Positions 1 to 8,512 of a DNA stretch of 64,000 nucleotides are shown piece after piece (positions within the stretch are counted from its first letter, which is position 1; the number at the start of each line of letters is the position of its first letter). The translations under genes and the position numbers were made by a program. Location: the NCBI GenBank assembly GCA_963627465.1, contig CAVGBO010000016.1, positions 13,159 to 77,158 on the forward strand, in the 5' to 3' direction. The notes under the pieces are model-generated. The model was given only the letters and a program-made list of their open reading frames with translations. It was not told the origin of the DNA and did no database searches. This DNA comes from Phocaeicola dorei (lineage in GTDB: Bacteria > Bacillota > Clostridia > Christensenellales > Aristaeellaceae).

Positions 1-504
1 GTGAATGACACCTACTACGATAAACTTGTTCGTACCAACAACAATGGCACCTTCTCCTTTAAGATTGACACCTCCGAAGAGGGGGATTATAACATCACCC
101 TGACCTTCCAGAAGAAGAATTATGACACCAGGCGCTACACCTTCACGGCCAACCGTACACTGACGGAAGCTGACCTGAAGGCGCAGTACATCGAAGAGGC
201 CATTAAGCCTGCCTATTCCACCCTGACGAAAAAGCTGACCGGCTACACCGGGCGCATCATGAAGTACAAACTGTACGCTGTGAAGATCGCCCAAGAGGGA
301 GAGCAGTGGATTATCACCATGGCCATGGACAAGACCAAGAGCGGTGCATACAAGAACTTCGTTGTTGTTACCACCACCCAGGAACCCAACTTCTCCATGG
401 ACAGTCAGCAAACCATGTATGGCCGCTGCACCGGCGCTTATGAAACCACGGATGGGGAGAAAACTGTTTCCTATCCAGGCTTTGAGCTGTTGTTCTGGGA
501 TTGA
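1..504 (+). CDS. 3' end of a CDS entering from upstream; hypothetical, probably extracytoplasmic beta-rich protein (C-terminal 167 aa)
   Basis: The frame is open from base 1 to the stop at 502-504. Codon usage is GC3-rich like the neighbours. A strong hairpin terminator follows within about 15 nt. No family recognised by eye. Confidence 0.5.
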   Translation: MNDTYYDKLVRTNNNGTFSFKIDTSEEGDYNITLTFQKKNYDTRRYTFTANRTLTEADLKAQYIEEAIKPAYSTLTKKLTGYTGRIMKYKLYAVKIAQEGEQWIITMAMDKTKSGAYKNFVVVTTTQEPNFSMDSQQTMYGRCTGAYETTDGEKTVSYPGFELLFWD

Positions 505-517
505 TGGAAAGAAGCAA

Positions 518-568
518 GAACGAGGGACTGTGAAAAAATTAGATGCTCACAGTCCCTCGTTCTTTTTG
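518..568 (+). terminator. Rho-independent terminator
   Basis: About 15-bp perfect stem, GAACGAGGGACTGTG ... CACAGTCCCTCGTTC, followed by TTTTT. Confidence 0.75.
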
Positions 569-785
569 TTGTTCATCACGGAAAGTTAGAGAAAAGGGAG
601 CACAAGAACCTGCTGCCATGAAGAAGGATCTTTTCGTTGGAACCTGCGTGAATATGAGGGCAAGATGCAAAAATGTGGCAAGCAAGGAATGTCGCGTTTG
701 TAGAGAGCATCGATACGCTCTTCGCCACCATGCCATCACAGCAAGCCCTGAAATACTTCATTACATTCGTCCATAAGAATTGCAA

Positions 786-830
786 AAAGCCAAAAAGGAA
801 CCTGCCAAGCTTTTCAGCCCGGCAGGTTCC
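786..830 (-). terminator. Rho-independent terminator of the flavoprotein gene
   Basis: 10-bp stem GGAACCTGCC / GGCAGGTTCC. On the minus strand it is followed by TTTTTGGCTTTTT. It lies 25 nt after the stop at 855. Confidence 0.65.
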
Positions 831-854
831 CTTTGTCATGATTGATGTTGTTTC

Positions 855-2651
855 TTACTTGCCTGCGTTGGCAACAGCGCTTTCTGCTGCAATCTTACCC
901 CAGGTTGCGCAGATGCCGTGACCAATGCCGCCGATGGTGTTGTGTCCGGCAATATTGGCCGAGCCAATGATTTCACCTGCCAGGTACACGTTGCCGATGG
1001 CCGTGCCATCTTCACGCATCAGCTGGGCAGAACCGTTGATCCGGGGACCGCCAGCCGTCATCATCAGATACGGCACGGTATACACTGCATAGTAGGGGCC
1101 TTCTTCGAAGGAAAGCAGATTATCCGTACGTCCGAATACGCTGTCTTCGCCCTTCTTCACATCCTCATTATACTGAGTCAGGGTCGCTTCCAGATTCGGC
1201 GTATGAATCATTTCAGCAAGCTCACTGATGGTATCCGCCTTGAACACATAGCCCTTCTCAATGAGTTCGTTGATCTTCTCCTCGTTGGTGAAGGCGGCAG
1301 AGTTGCTCATCATGCCGGTGAACAGTGCCTGATCGTCCGTCAGCATGTTTTCCGTAAGCACCACATAGATGATGTTCTGGTCGCTGGTACGCCACACGGT
1401 GCGCTTATCCATGCTGGTGGCCTTGGGCTCGTTGAAAACCCGGTCGCCATTGGTATTGATCCACACAGCGCCATTGTAATTGATGTTGCAGCGGAGAGAT
1501 GCTTGGAAGCCGGTTACAGGCACGGACCCGCCATAGCAGGAGCTGTAATCCATGTTATCAAAGGCAGCACCAGCCTTGCGAGCAAAGTCGTAGCCACTGC
1601 CGATGGCGGTGTTCGGATCGTTGGACGTAATGTTGGTGAAATTGAATTCCTTCAGCCAGCGTTCACAATAGCCATAACCTCCGGTTGCAATCACGGTAGA
1701 AGGAGCAGCAATCTCCTTTTCGCCGACCACAACGCCTGTCACGTCCCCTGCTTCATTCAGGGTAATATCCGTTACCAGGGTATCCAAGCACAGCTGAACC
1801 TGACCTGCGTCAATGTAGGGCTGCAATTTGTTCATCAAGCCCCGCACAAAATAGGAACCGCCGCCGGAGGATGCACCGCCTGCCGTATAAGTCACGCGGT
1901 TGATGTCCATGGTCAGGTAACTGCCGCTGTCCACCTTATCAGAGAACTCAACGCCCACATCCTGCTGCAGCCAGTCAATGGCCTCGCCGGAGCGTTCCGA
2001 GTGTACCTTAGCGATTTCCGTGTTCATGTACTGTTCGCCGCCGCCCAGGTTCACAAAATCCTGATAGAACAACTCCGGGCTATCCTCAATGCCTGCATTC
2101 TTCTGAATTTGATAGCAGGCACCGCTGATGGAACCGCCGGCGGTGTTTGCCGAACCGCCTACCCGGTAATTCTGCTCCAACACCAGCACCTTTGCACCCA
2201 GCTCAACTGCACGGACGCTGGCCACAAGGCCGGCCATGCCTGCGCCAACCACGATTACATCCGGCTCAAGGGTAATGTCCAGCTCAGCCTTTTCCTGGGT
2301 TTCTTCGCCGGACAAAGCTGCCTTCACGGCTTCCTTGATGGCCTCGGAAGTCACCGTAGCACTGGCAACAGCATCCACATCTGTGGATTGAGCATCAACG
2401 ATTTTTGCAGGCATCTGCTCAATAGCCGGATCAGAAATACCAGCCGTTTCGTTATGCTCCACGACCTCCACCGCCGTGATCTTGCCGCCGGACACGGTAA
2501 CAGCTACCTTCACTGCGCCGCCCATGCCGTTGGCACTTCCTTCATACACGCCGTCGGCAGGCATAGCATCCGCCAACGCCATCAGTGGCATCAGGCAGGC
2601 CAGCACAACAGCCAGCATGACGCTCAACAGGGAAGAAAACCTTCTTTTCAT
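855..2651 (-). CDS. Exported FMN-binding-domain / FAD-dependent oxidoreductase (flavocytochrome-c-type fumarate/urocanate reductase family); substrate unknown
   Basis: Signal peptide MKRRFSSLLSVMLAVVLACLMPLMALADA. FMN_bind-like domain with a DAVASAT motif. Rossmann motif VIVVGAGMAGLVASV..LVLEQ. The C-terminus, YLAGEIIGSANIAGHNTIGG, is typical of FAD_binding_2 reductases. Confidence 0.85.
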   Translation of the reverse strand: MKRRFSSLLSVMLAVVLACLMPLMALADAMPADGVYEGSANGMGGAVKVAVTVSGGKITAVEVVEHNETAGISDPAIEQMPAKIVDAQSTDVDAVASATVTSEAIKEAVKAALSGEETQEKAELDITLEPDVIVVGAGMAGLVASVRAVELGAKVLVLEQNYRVGGSANTAGGSISGACYQIQKNAGIEDSPELFYQDFVNLGGGEQYMNTEIAKVHSERSGEAIDWLQQDVGVEFSDKVDSGSYLTMDINRVTYTAGGASSGGGSYFVRGLMNKLQPYIDAGQVQLCLDTLVTDITLNEAGDVTGVVVGEKEIAAPSTVIATGGYGYCERWLKEFNFTNITSNDPNTAIGSGYDFARKAGAAFDNMDYSSCYGGSVPVTGFQASLRCNINYNGAVWINTNGDRVFNEPKATSMDKRTVWRTSDQNIIYVVLTENMLTDDQALFTGMMSNSAAFTNEEKINELIEKGYVFKADTISELAEMIHTPNLEATLTQYNEDVKKGEDSVFGRTDNLLSFEEGPYYAVYTVPYLMMTAGGPRINGSAQLMREDGTAIGNVYLAGEIIGSANIAGHNTIGGIGHGICATWGKIAAESAVANAGK

Positions 2652-2718
2652 GAAATTGCCTCCTTTTTCCCTTGGGGAAACTGTACTTTTATGGTATCAT
2701 GTTCGTGAAGAAAATAAC

Positions 2719-3624
2719 ATGTTCATTCCGTTTCGTTTTTGTGATTATCATGCATGGGAGGTTATGATCTTGAAACGATATCCCCGGCTTGACTCCTATA
2801 AAATCACCAGTGATCCTCTCTCTGACTTTCTGGCCGCTTTTCATTTTCAGATTGAGTATTATACCAACTGGCCTGTGCAGGATCACAAAACTCTGCGGAA
2901 TATTATTTGTCCTCAGTGCAAGCTGATCCTGCTGGAACAGGGATCTTGCCGCATTGAAACAGCGGATACTTCCTATACGGCTACGTCCGGCAGCTGTATT
3001 TTTGTGCCGCCTTACACCGTCTATGACGCGGAGACTTACGAAGGCGTCAACTCCTATGAGCTGTTCTTTAATGTGCTGCCCATTGCCATGGAGCAGGAAT
3101 TTCTTGAACAGGCAGATTTGCAGCGCATTACACTCTTTCAAGAGCTCTTTCAGAAGGAGGACTTCAGCCTGATGGCTGCATGCTATCAGGCGCTCCGGAA
3201 GCAATCATCCGGTGCCTATGCGCAGCTGAATGCTTTGCTTACCCTGCTGCTGATCCGCATTTTCCAATCAAGAGGTACTTCTTTTACACCCCTGCCGGAA
3301 AGTCACAGCAAAGAGCAGGATTTGATGCGCAAACTATTCATCTATCTGGAAAAGCATCTGTCAGAACCTCTCCACGTACAGCAGGTATGCGATGAACTGC
3401 AAATATCCCAAAGCTACCTGTGGCGGTGCTGTAAGAACACCATGGGTATCTCCCCTAGCCAAACCATCATGCGCTACAAGCTGCGCTATGCCCAGTCTCT
3501 GCTGAAAAATCAGGAATTAAGCATCGCCCAGGTAGCCGAAGGCATCGGCATGGATCCCTATTACTTCAGCAGCCAATTCAAGAAGCAATTCTTTCTCTCC
3601 CCTTCCGCCTATCGAAAGAAATAA
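2719..3624 (+). CDS. AraC family transcriptional regulator (cupin-like sensor + HTH)
   Basis: C-terminal AraC HTH: LHVQQVCDELQISQSYLWRCCKNTMGISPSQTIMRYKLRYAQSLL..IAQVAEGIGMDPYYFSSQFKKQF. Start set at the first ATG outside the divergent gene; ATG 2764 is an alternative. The track ORF start at 2476 overlaps the neighbouring gene. Confidence 0.8.
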   Translation: MFIPFRFCDYHAWEVMILKRYPRLDSYKITSDPLSDFLAAFHFQIEYYTNWPVQDHKTLRNIICPQCKLILLEQGSCRIETADTSYTATSGSCIFVPPYTVYDAETYEGVNSYELFFNVLPIAMEQEFLEQADLQRITLFQELFQKEDFSLMAACYQALRKQSSGAYAQLNALLTLLLIRIFQSRGTSFTPLPESHSKEQDLMRKLFIYLEKHLSEPLHVQQVCDELQISQSYLWRCCKNTMGISPSQTIMRYKLRYAQSLLKNQELSIAQVAEGIGMDPYYFSSQFKKQFFLSPSAYRKK

Positions 3625-3653
3625 ATCGCCCAAAACTTTTTCGTGCTAAAGTG

Positions 3654-3682
3654 TTGACATATTCGCTTTCTTGTGTTAGTAT
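3654..3682 (+). promoter_or_regulatory. Putative sigma-A promoter of the polar amino-acid ABC operon
   Basis: TTGACA, 17-nt spacer, TAGTAT, with TG at the extended -10 position. It lies 66 nt upstream of ATG 3748. Confidence 0.45.
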
Positions 3683-3747
3683 GATAAAGCGTTGAAGGCA
3701 AGTAGCCTTCTCCGATTCAACAAAACGAAGTTACGGAGGCGGTTCCT

Positions 3748-4521
3748 ATGAAGAAGATGTTCGCAATGCTGCTGGCACTGGCGATGTGCCTGATGTCCGT
3801 TTGTGCTTTCGCTGAGGATTCCGACATGGCCTATGTGAAGGGCAAGGGCAAGCTGGTGGTTGGCATTACCGACTTTGAGCCCATGGATTACAAGGATGCA
3901 GACGGTGATTGGGTGGGCTTTGATGCCGACATGGCCAAAGCCTTTGCCGAGTACCTGGGTGTGGAAGTCGAATTCGTTGAAATCGACTGGGACAGCAAGG
4001 TGTTGGAGCTGAACAGCAAGAACATTGACTGCGTATGGAACGGCATGACCCTGACGGATGAAGTGAAGAGTGCCATGAGCTGCTCCAATGCCTACCTGAA
4101 CAATGCTCAGGTGGTTGTTGTACCCAAGGACGTGGCAGACAAGTATCAGACGGTAGAAAGCCTTGCCGGACTGACCTTTGCCGTAGAAGCAGGCAGTGCC
4201 GGTGAAGCAGCTGTAACCGAGCTGGGATTGACCGCTACCCCCGTTGCTTCCCAGGCTGATGCCCTGATGGAAGTTGCTGCCGGCACTTCCGATGCCGCTG
4301 TCATCGATGCCCTGATGGCTGCCGCCATGGTGGGCGATGATACCAGCTACGCTTCCCTCACCTATACGGTAGGCCTCACCACGGAAGAATACGGCGTTGG
4401 CTTCCGTCTCGGTTCTGACCTGACCGAAGCACTGAATGCGTTCTTTGTATCCTCCTATGACACCCTGCAGGAAGCTGCTCAGGCCTATGCCGTGCAGGCT
4501 GCACTGATTGAGCAGAAGTAA
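3748..4521 (+). CDS. Polar amino-acid ABC transporter substrate-binding protein (SBP family 3)
   Basis: Signal/lipoprotein-like N-terminus MKKMFAMLLALAMCLMSVCAF. Motifs KLVVGITDFEPMDY, GFDADMAKAFAEYLGVEVEFVEIDWDSKVLELNSKNIDCVWNGMTLT. Confidence 0.85.
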   Translation: MKKMFAMLLALAMCLMSVCAFAEDSDMAYVKGKGKLVVGITDFEPMDYKDADGDWVGFDADMAKAFAEYLGVEVEFVEIDWDSKVLELNSKNIDCVWNGMTLTDEVKSAMSCSNAYLNNAQVVVVPKDVADKYQTVESLAGLTFAVEAGSAGEAAVTELGLTATPVASQADALMEVAAGTSDAAVIDALMAAAMVGDDTSYASLTYTVGLTTEEYGVGFRLGSDLTEALNAFFVSSYDTLQEAAQAYAVQAALIEQK

Positions 4522-4611
4522 TACCACGCTTGCAGCACGTTCGGGAGCCTTCCGAAAACGGGAGGTTCCCGATGCTGTGTTTATCACCATGTGAAAGGGC
4601 GATCATGTATC

Positions 4612-5298
4612 ATGAGTACCTGGCTTGAACAGTTCCCTGTGGTTGTCAGCGCATTAAACGAAGGCTTCCTGCAAACCATGAAGCTCTTTTTTGTCACCCT
4701 GATTGGCGCTGTTCCGCTGGGTCTTGTGATTTCGCTGGCTTCCATGTCTTCCTTCAAGCCCCTGAAGTGGCTGAGTCGGGGCATCGTGTATGTCATTCGG
4801 GGCACGCCGCTGATGATTCAGCTGCTGATCATTTTCTACTTTCCCGGGCTCATCCTTGGCAATAACATCTGGGGAGGCGGAGAATCCGGTCGGTTCTTGG
4901 CTGCGGCCATTGCCTTCATCATCAACTATGCCTGCTACTTTTCGGAAATCTTCCGTGGCGGCATTCAGGGGATTCCTGCCGGGCAGGAGGAAGCCGGCCT
5001 TGTGCTGGGCATGACGAAAAGTCAAATTTTCTTCAAGATTAAGCTGCTGCAAATGATCAAGCGAATTGTGCCGCCCATGGCCAACGAAATTATCACGCTA
5101 GTGAAGGACACGTCCTTGGCGCGGATCATCGCCATGCAGGAAATCATTTGGGCCGGGTATTCCTTCATGAAAGGTTCTCACGGCATCTCCGGCGTCATTT
5201 GGCCCCTGTTCTTCACCGGGGTGTACTACCTGATCTGCAATGGCTTGTTAAGCTTCCTATTCAATAAGCTGGAACAGAAACTGAACTTTTTCCGCTGA
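4612..5298 (+). CDS. Amino-acid ABC transporter permease (His/Glu/Gln/Arg/opine type)
   Basis: Multi-TM protein with IRGTPLMIQLLIIFYFPG and an EAA-like loop QEEAGLVLGMTKSQIFFKIKLLQMIKRIVPPMANE. ATG 4612 is preferred over the GTG at 4591 given in the track. Confidence 0.85.
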   Translation: MSTWLEQFPVVVSALNEGFLQTMKLFFVTLIGAVPLGLVISLASMSSFKPLKWLSRGIVYVIRGTPLMIQLLIIFYFPGLILGNNIWGGGESGRFLAAAIAFIINYACYFSEIFRGGIQGIPAGQEEAGLVLGMTKSQIFFKIKLLQMIKRIVPPMANEIITLVKDTSLARIIAMQEIIWAGYSFMKGSHGISGVIWPLFFTGVYYLICNGLLSFLFNKLEQKLNFFR

Positions 5299-5314
5299 AA
5301 GGAGATGATCACCT

Positions 5315-6100
5315 ATGGCTCTGCTGGAAGTCGGCAATATTAGCAAATCCTTTGGCACCACAAGCGTCCTGCGTGACATCTCCTTTACCATGGAAAAGGG
5401 CGATGTGGTCTCCATCATCGGCTCCTCCGGCAGCGGAAAAACAACGCTGCTGCGCTGCCTGAACTTTCTGGAAACGCCGGATCAGGGAACGGTTCGCCTG
5501 AACGGTGAAACATTGCTGGATGCTTCAGATAAAACCGTGCTGAAGGAAGCGGAGCTGCGCAAACGTCGGCTCCACTTTGGTCTGGTGTTTCAGTCCTTCA
5601 ACCTGTTCCCCCAGTATACTGCGCTGGACAACGTAGTGTTGGCACGAGAACTGCTGCTGCGGGAAAAGTGTAAGGATAAGTCCCAGCGGCGGCGGATTCA
5701 TGAGGAAACCGTGGAACAGGCTCGTCATCTGCTGACCCAAATGGGGCTTCAAGACAGGATGAACAATTACCCCCATCAGCTTTCCGGCGGACAGTGTCAG
5801 CGGGTTGCCATTGCTCGTGCGTTGGCCCTGGAACCGGATATTCTCTGCTTTGACGAGCCCACCTCTGCCCTGGATCCAGAACTGACGGGAGAGGTGCTGC
5901 GTGTCATTCGTTCTCTCGCCGAGCGTGATACCACCATGATCATCGTCACCCATGAAATGTCCTTCGCCCACGATGTAGCCAGCAAAGTGATTTTCATGGA
6001 TGAAGGCATCATTCTGGAGCAAGGCACACCCCAGCAGGTTTTCGAGCACCCCAGTGCAGAGCGTACCCGTCATTTCCTGGCTAACTATACAGGCTTATGA
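5315..6100 (+). CDS. Amino-acid ABC transporter ATP-binding protein
   Basis: Walker A GSSGSGKTT, signature LSGGQCQRVAIARAL, Walker B ILCFDEPTSALD, H-loop IVTHEM. Confidence 0.9.
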   Translation: MALLEVGNISKSFGTTSVLRDISFTMEKGDVVSIIGSSGSGKTTLLRCLNFLETPDQGTVRLNGETLLDASDKTVLKEAELRKRRLHFGLVFQSFNLFPQYTALDNVVLARELLLREKCKDKSQRRRIHEETVEQARHLLTQMGLQDRMNNYPHQLSGGQCQRVAIARALALEPDILCFDEPTSALDPELTGEVLRVIRSLAERDTTMIIVTHEMSFAHDVASKVIFMDEGIILEQGTPQQVFEHPSAERTRHFLANYTGL

Positions 6101-6283
6101 GTAGGATACGCAAGTTTGCCGGTGTTTGATGCATTTTTCACACAGTCGTCCTTTTGTCCGAAAGAAACGTGCTGTGCAGCGTTTCCGGCAGTCTATTCCT
6201 TGCTGCGCAAAATGCCGTTTTTCGTTCAAAAATCGTGCATCTTGCATGGTCAACGTCAGTTTTGCATTTTTCTTGTATTCCAC

Positions 6284-6312
6284 TTGCATTTTGATTTTCC
6301 CCGGTGTATAAT
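6284..6312 (+). promoter_or_regulatory. Putative sigma-A promoter of the liv operon
   Basis: TTGCAT, 17-nt spacer, TATAAT. It lies 31 nt upstream of ATG 6344, which is preceded by the RBS AAAGGAGG. Confidence 0.45.
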
Positions 6313-6343
6313 CGCTTCATTCTATTAAAGGAGGCATCCTACC

Positions 6344-7522
6344 ATGAAGAAACTAGCTGCACTTGTCCTTGCGATTGTTCTGGCGCTGAGCTGCCTCACC
6401 TTCGCATCTGCTGAAGACACCGTTAAGATCGGTGTGTTTGAGCCTTCCTCTGGTGATAACGGTGCCGGCGGCAAGCAGGAAGTGCTGGGCATTGAGTATG
6501 CTCACTCCCTGACGCCTACGGTTGAAATTGGCGGCAAGACCTATAACGTGGAGCTGGTCATTGTTGATAACCAGTCCGCAACGGATAAGGCTGTAACCGC
6601 CGCCCAGTCTCTGGTTTCTTCCGGCGTGTCCATCGTCCTCGGTTCTTATGGTTCCGGTGCTTCCATGGCAGGCGGCGACGTGTTCGCAGCTGCTGAGGTT
6701 CCCGCCATTGGCGTAAGCTGCACCAACCCTAATGTGACCCTGCTGTGCGACTACTACTGGCGCGTATGCTTCCTGGATCCCTTCCAGGGCAGCGTGATGG
6801 CCAACTTCGCCTATGACAAGGGCTGCAAGAAGGCTTATGTGCTCTCCATGCTTGGTGAAGACTATGGCAACGGCTTGGCACACTACTTTGTAGAAGCCTT
6901 CAAGACCCTGGGTTGCGAAGTGGTTGAAGACACCTTCACCGAAGGCACCAGTGACTTCTCTGCTTACCTGAACAACGCTGTGAACGCCGGCTGCGACGTC
7001 ATCTTCTCCCCCTGCGCCACCACCTATGCTTCCCTGATCATCGACCAGGCTGCTTCTCAGGGCATCACCTTCCCGATCATGGCTGGCGATACTTGGGAGT
7101 CCTCCGTTATCCTGGACGCTGCCAAGGGCAAGGATGTTGACGTGTACGTGTCCACCTTCTTCGCAGAAGATGAGACCAACGCTGCTGCAGTGGATTTCGT
7201 TTCCGGCTTCAAGGCATGGCTGAACGCCAACCCCGACAAGCTGACCAACAACGGCGGCAATGACATCGTGGCTGCTGTTTCCGTGCTGGGCTTTGATGCT
7301 TACAACGTAGCCATCGAAGCACTGAAGGCCGCCGGTTCTACCGAGCCCGCCGCCGTGGCTGCTGCCCTTCCTTCCGTCACCTACACTGGTGTGACCGGCG
7401 CCATCTCCTTCGATGAAAACGGCGACGCCAACAAGGACATGGCCTACATCAAGAAGGCTAACACCGAAACCGGCGAGTTCGACTTCGAAAAGACCCAGTC
7501 GGTGGCAGGCCTCGCTGAGTAA
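6344..7522 (+). CDS. livJ: Branched-chain amino-acid ABC transporter substrate-binding protein (LivJ/K-like)
   Basis: Signal peptide MKKLAALVLAIVLALSCLTFASA. Type-1 periplasmic-binding-fold hallmarks: VKIGVFEPSSG, DNQSATDKAVTAAQSLVSSGVSIVLGSYGSG, ITGAISFDENGD. It heads the livHMGF genes. Confidence 0.85.
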   Translation: MKKLAALVLAIVLALSCLTFASAEDTVKIGVFEPSSGDNGAGGKQEVLGIEYAHSLTPTVEIGGKTYNVELVIVDNQSATDKAVTAAQSLVSSGVSIVLGSYGSGASMAGGDVFAAAEVPAIGVSCTNPNVTLLCDYYWRVCFLDPFQGSVMANFAYDKGCKKAYVLSMLGEDYGNGLAHYFVEAFKTLGCEVVEDTFTEGTSDFSAYLNNAVNAGCDVIFSPCATTYASLIIDQAASQGITFPIMAGDTWESSVILDAAKGKDVDVYVSTFFAEDETNAAAVDFVSGFKAWLNANPDKLTNNGGNDIVAAVSVLGFDAYNVAIEALKAAGSTEPAAVAAALPSVTYTGVTGAISFDENGDANKDMAYIKKANTETGEFDFEKTQSVAGLAE

Positions 7523-7545
7523 TCCCCTTTCCCTGTAAGTCAAGC

Positions 7546-7585
7546 AGCGAACCCGTGCCCGTGAAAGCGCGGGTTCGCTTTCTTG
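7546..7585 (+). terminator. Intra-operon hairpin (partial terminator or mRNA stabiliser) between livJ and livH
   Basis: 10-bp stem AGCGAACCCG / CGGGTTCGCT followed by a weak TTCTT tract. Confidence 0.45.
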
Positions 7586-7623
7586 CTATCATCGCATATC
7601 CCTTTCCAATGGAGGAATGACGA

Positions 7624-8502
7624 ATGTTCGACATGCTGCTCCCCTATCTGCTGGCCGGCATATCCGTCGGCGGACAGTATGCGCTGATCGCTGTAGGCTA
7701 TACCATGGTCTACGGCATTCTGCGGTTAATCAACTTTGCCCACGGCGACATCTTCACTGCAGCCGGCTTCTTCATGGTGTATTTGGTAGCCGCTCTGCCC
7801 CTTAGCATTTCCGTTCCTCTGGTGATTATTCTAACCGTCATATTGGGCTTCCTGGTGGAGCGGGTGGCTTACAAGCCTCTGCGTACTGCTCCCCGTATGT
7901 CCATTATGATTTCTGCCATCGGTACTTCCTACCTGCTGCAGAACCTGATGTGGTACGTAACCGGCGGTCTGGCCAAGCAGTATCCCGTACTGCCCTGGAT
8001 CTCCGATACGGTGCGCATCGGTTCCGCCAGCACCAAGGTTGTGACCCTTGTGACCCCTGTGCTGACCGTGCTGCTGGTCATTGCCCTGGTGATGCTGATT
8101 AACCACACCAAGGTGGGCATGGCCATGCGTGCTGTTTCGAAGGACTTTGAAACAGCACAGCTCATGGGCATTAAAATCAACAATGTGATTTCCGCCACCT
8201 TCATCCTGGGCTCTGCCCTGGCTGCTGTTGGCTCCATGCTTTACTTCACTAACTACTCCACCGTGACGCCTACGGTTGGTGCCATGCCCGGCTTGAAGGC
8301 CTTCGTGGCCGCTGTATTCGGCGGTATTGGTTCCATCCCTGGTGCTGTCATCGGTGCGTTTATCATCGGCATTTGCGAAAACCTGATGAAGGCCGCAGGC
8401 TACACTGCCTTTTCCGATGCCTTCACCTTCGCCTTGCTGATCATCATCCTGATCTTCAAGCCTAACGGTCTGTTTGGCGAAAAGACAGCAGAGAAGGTTT
8501 GA
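7624..8502 (+). CDS. livH: Branched-chain amino-acid ABC transporter permease LivH
   Basis: YALIAVGYTMVYGILRLINFAHGD motif, 292 aa, multi-TM. Confidence 0.9.
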   Translation: MFDMLLPYLLAGISVGGQYALIAVGYTMVYGILRLINFAHGDIFTAAGFFMVYLVAALPLSISVPLVIILTVILGFLVERVAYKPLRTAPRMSIMISAIGTSYLLQNLMWYVTGGLAKQYPVLPWISDTVRIGSASTKVVTLVTPVLTVLLVIALVMLINHTKVGMAMRAVSKDFETAQLMGIKINNVISATFILGSALAAVGSMLYFTNYSTVTPTVGAMPGLKAFVAAVFGGIGSIPGAVIGAFIIGICENLMKAAGYTAFSDAFTFALLIIILIFKPNGLFGEKTAEKV

Positions 8503-8512
8503 GGTGATACGA

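Noticed and set aside
576-839. 87-aa minus-strand ORF and other 60-80-aa ORFs in the 505-854 gap
   Set aside because: They have no RBS and atypical codon usage, and they run through terminator hairpins. Only the 618-776 ORF is kept, as a low-confidence curiosity in the findings.
918-2708. 596-aa plus-strand ORF opposite the flavoprotein reductase gene
   Set aside because: It is entirely antisense to a gene with clear signal peptide, FMN_bind and FAD motifs. Its translation is a His/Gly/Arg/Ala-rich shadow sequence with no recognisable motif and no RBS.
6101-6343. Riboswitch, T-box or CodY-type element in the 243-nt region upstream of livJ
   Set aside because: I could support only a promoter and an imperfect A/T-rich inverted repeat (about 6212-6240). 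The repeat is too degenerate to call an operator, and no long conserved-looking stem structures were seen.
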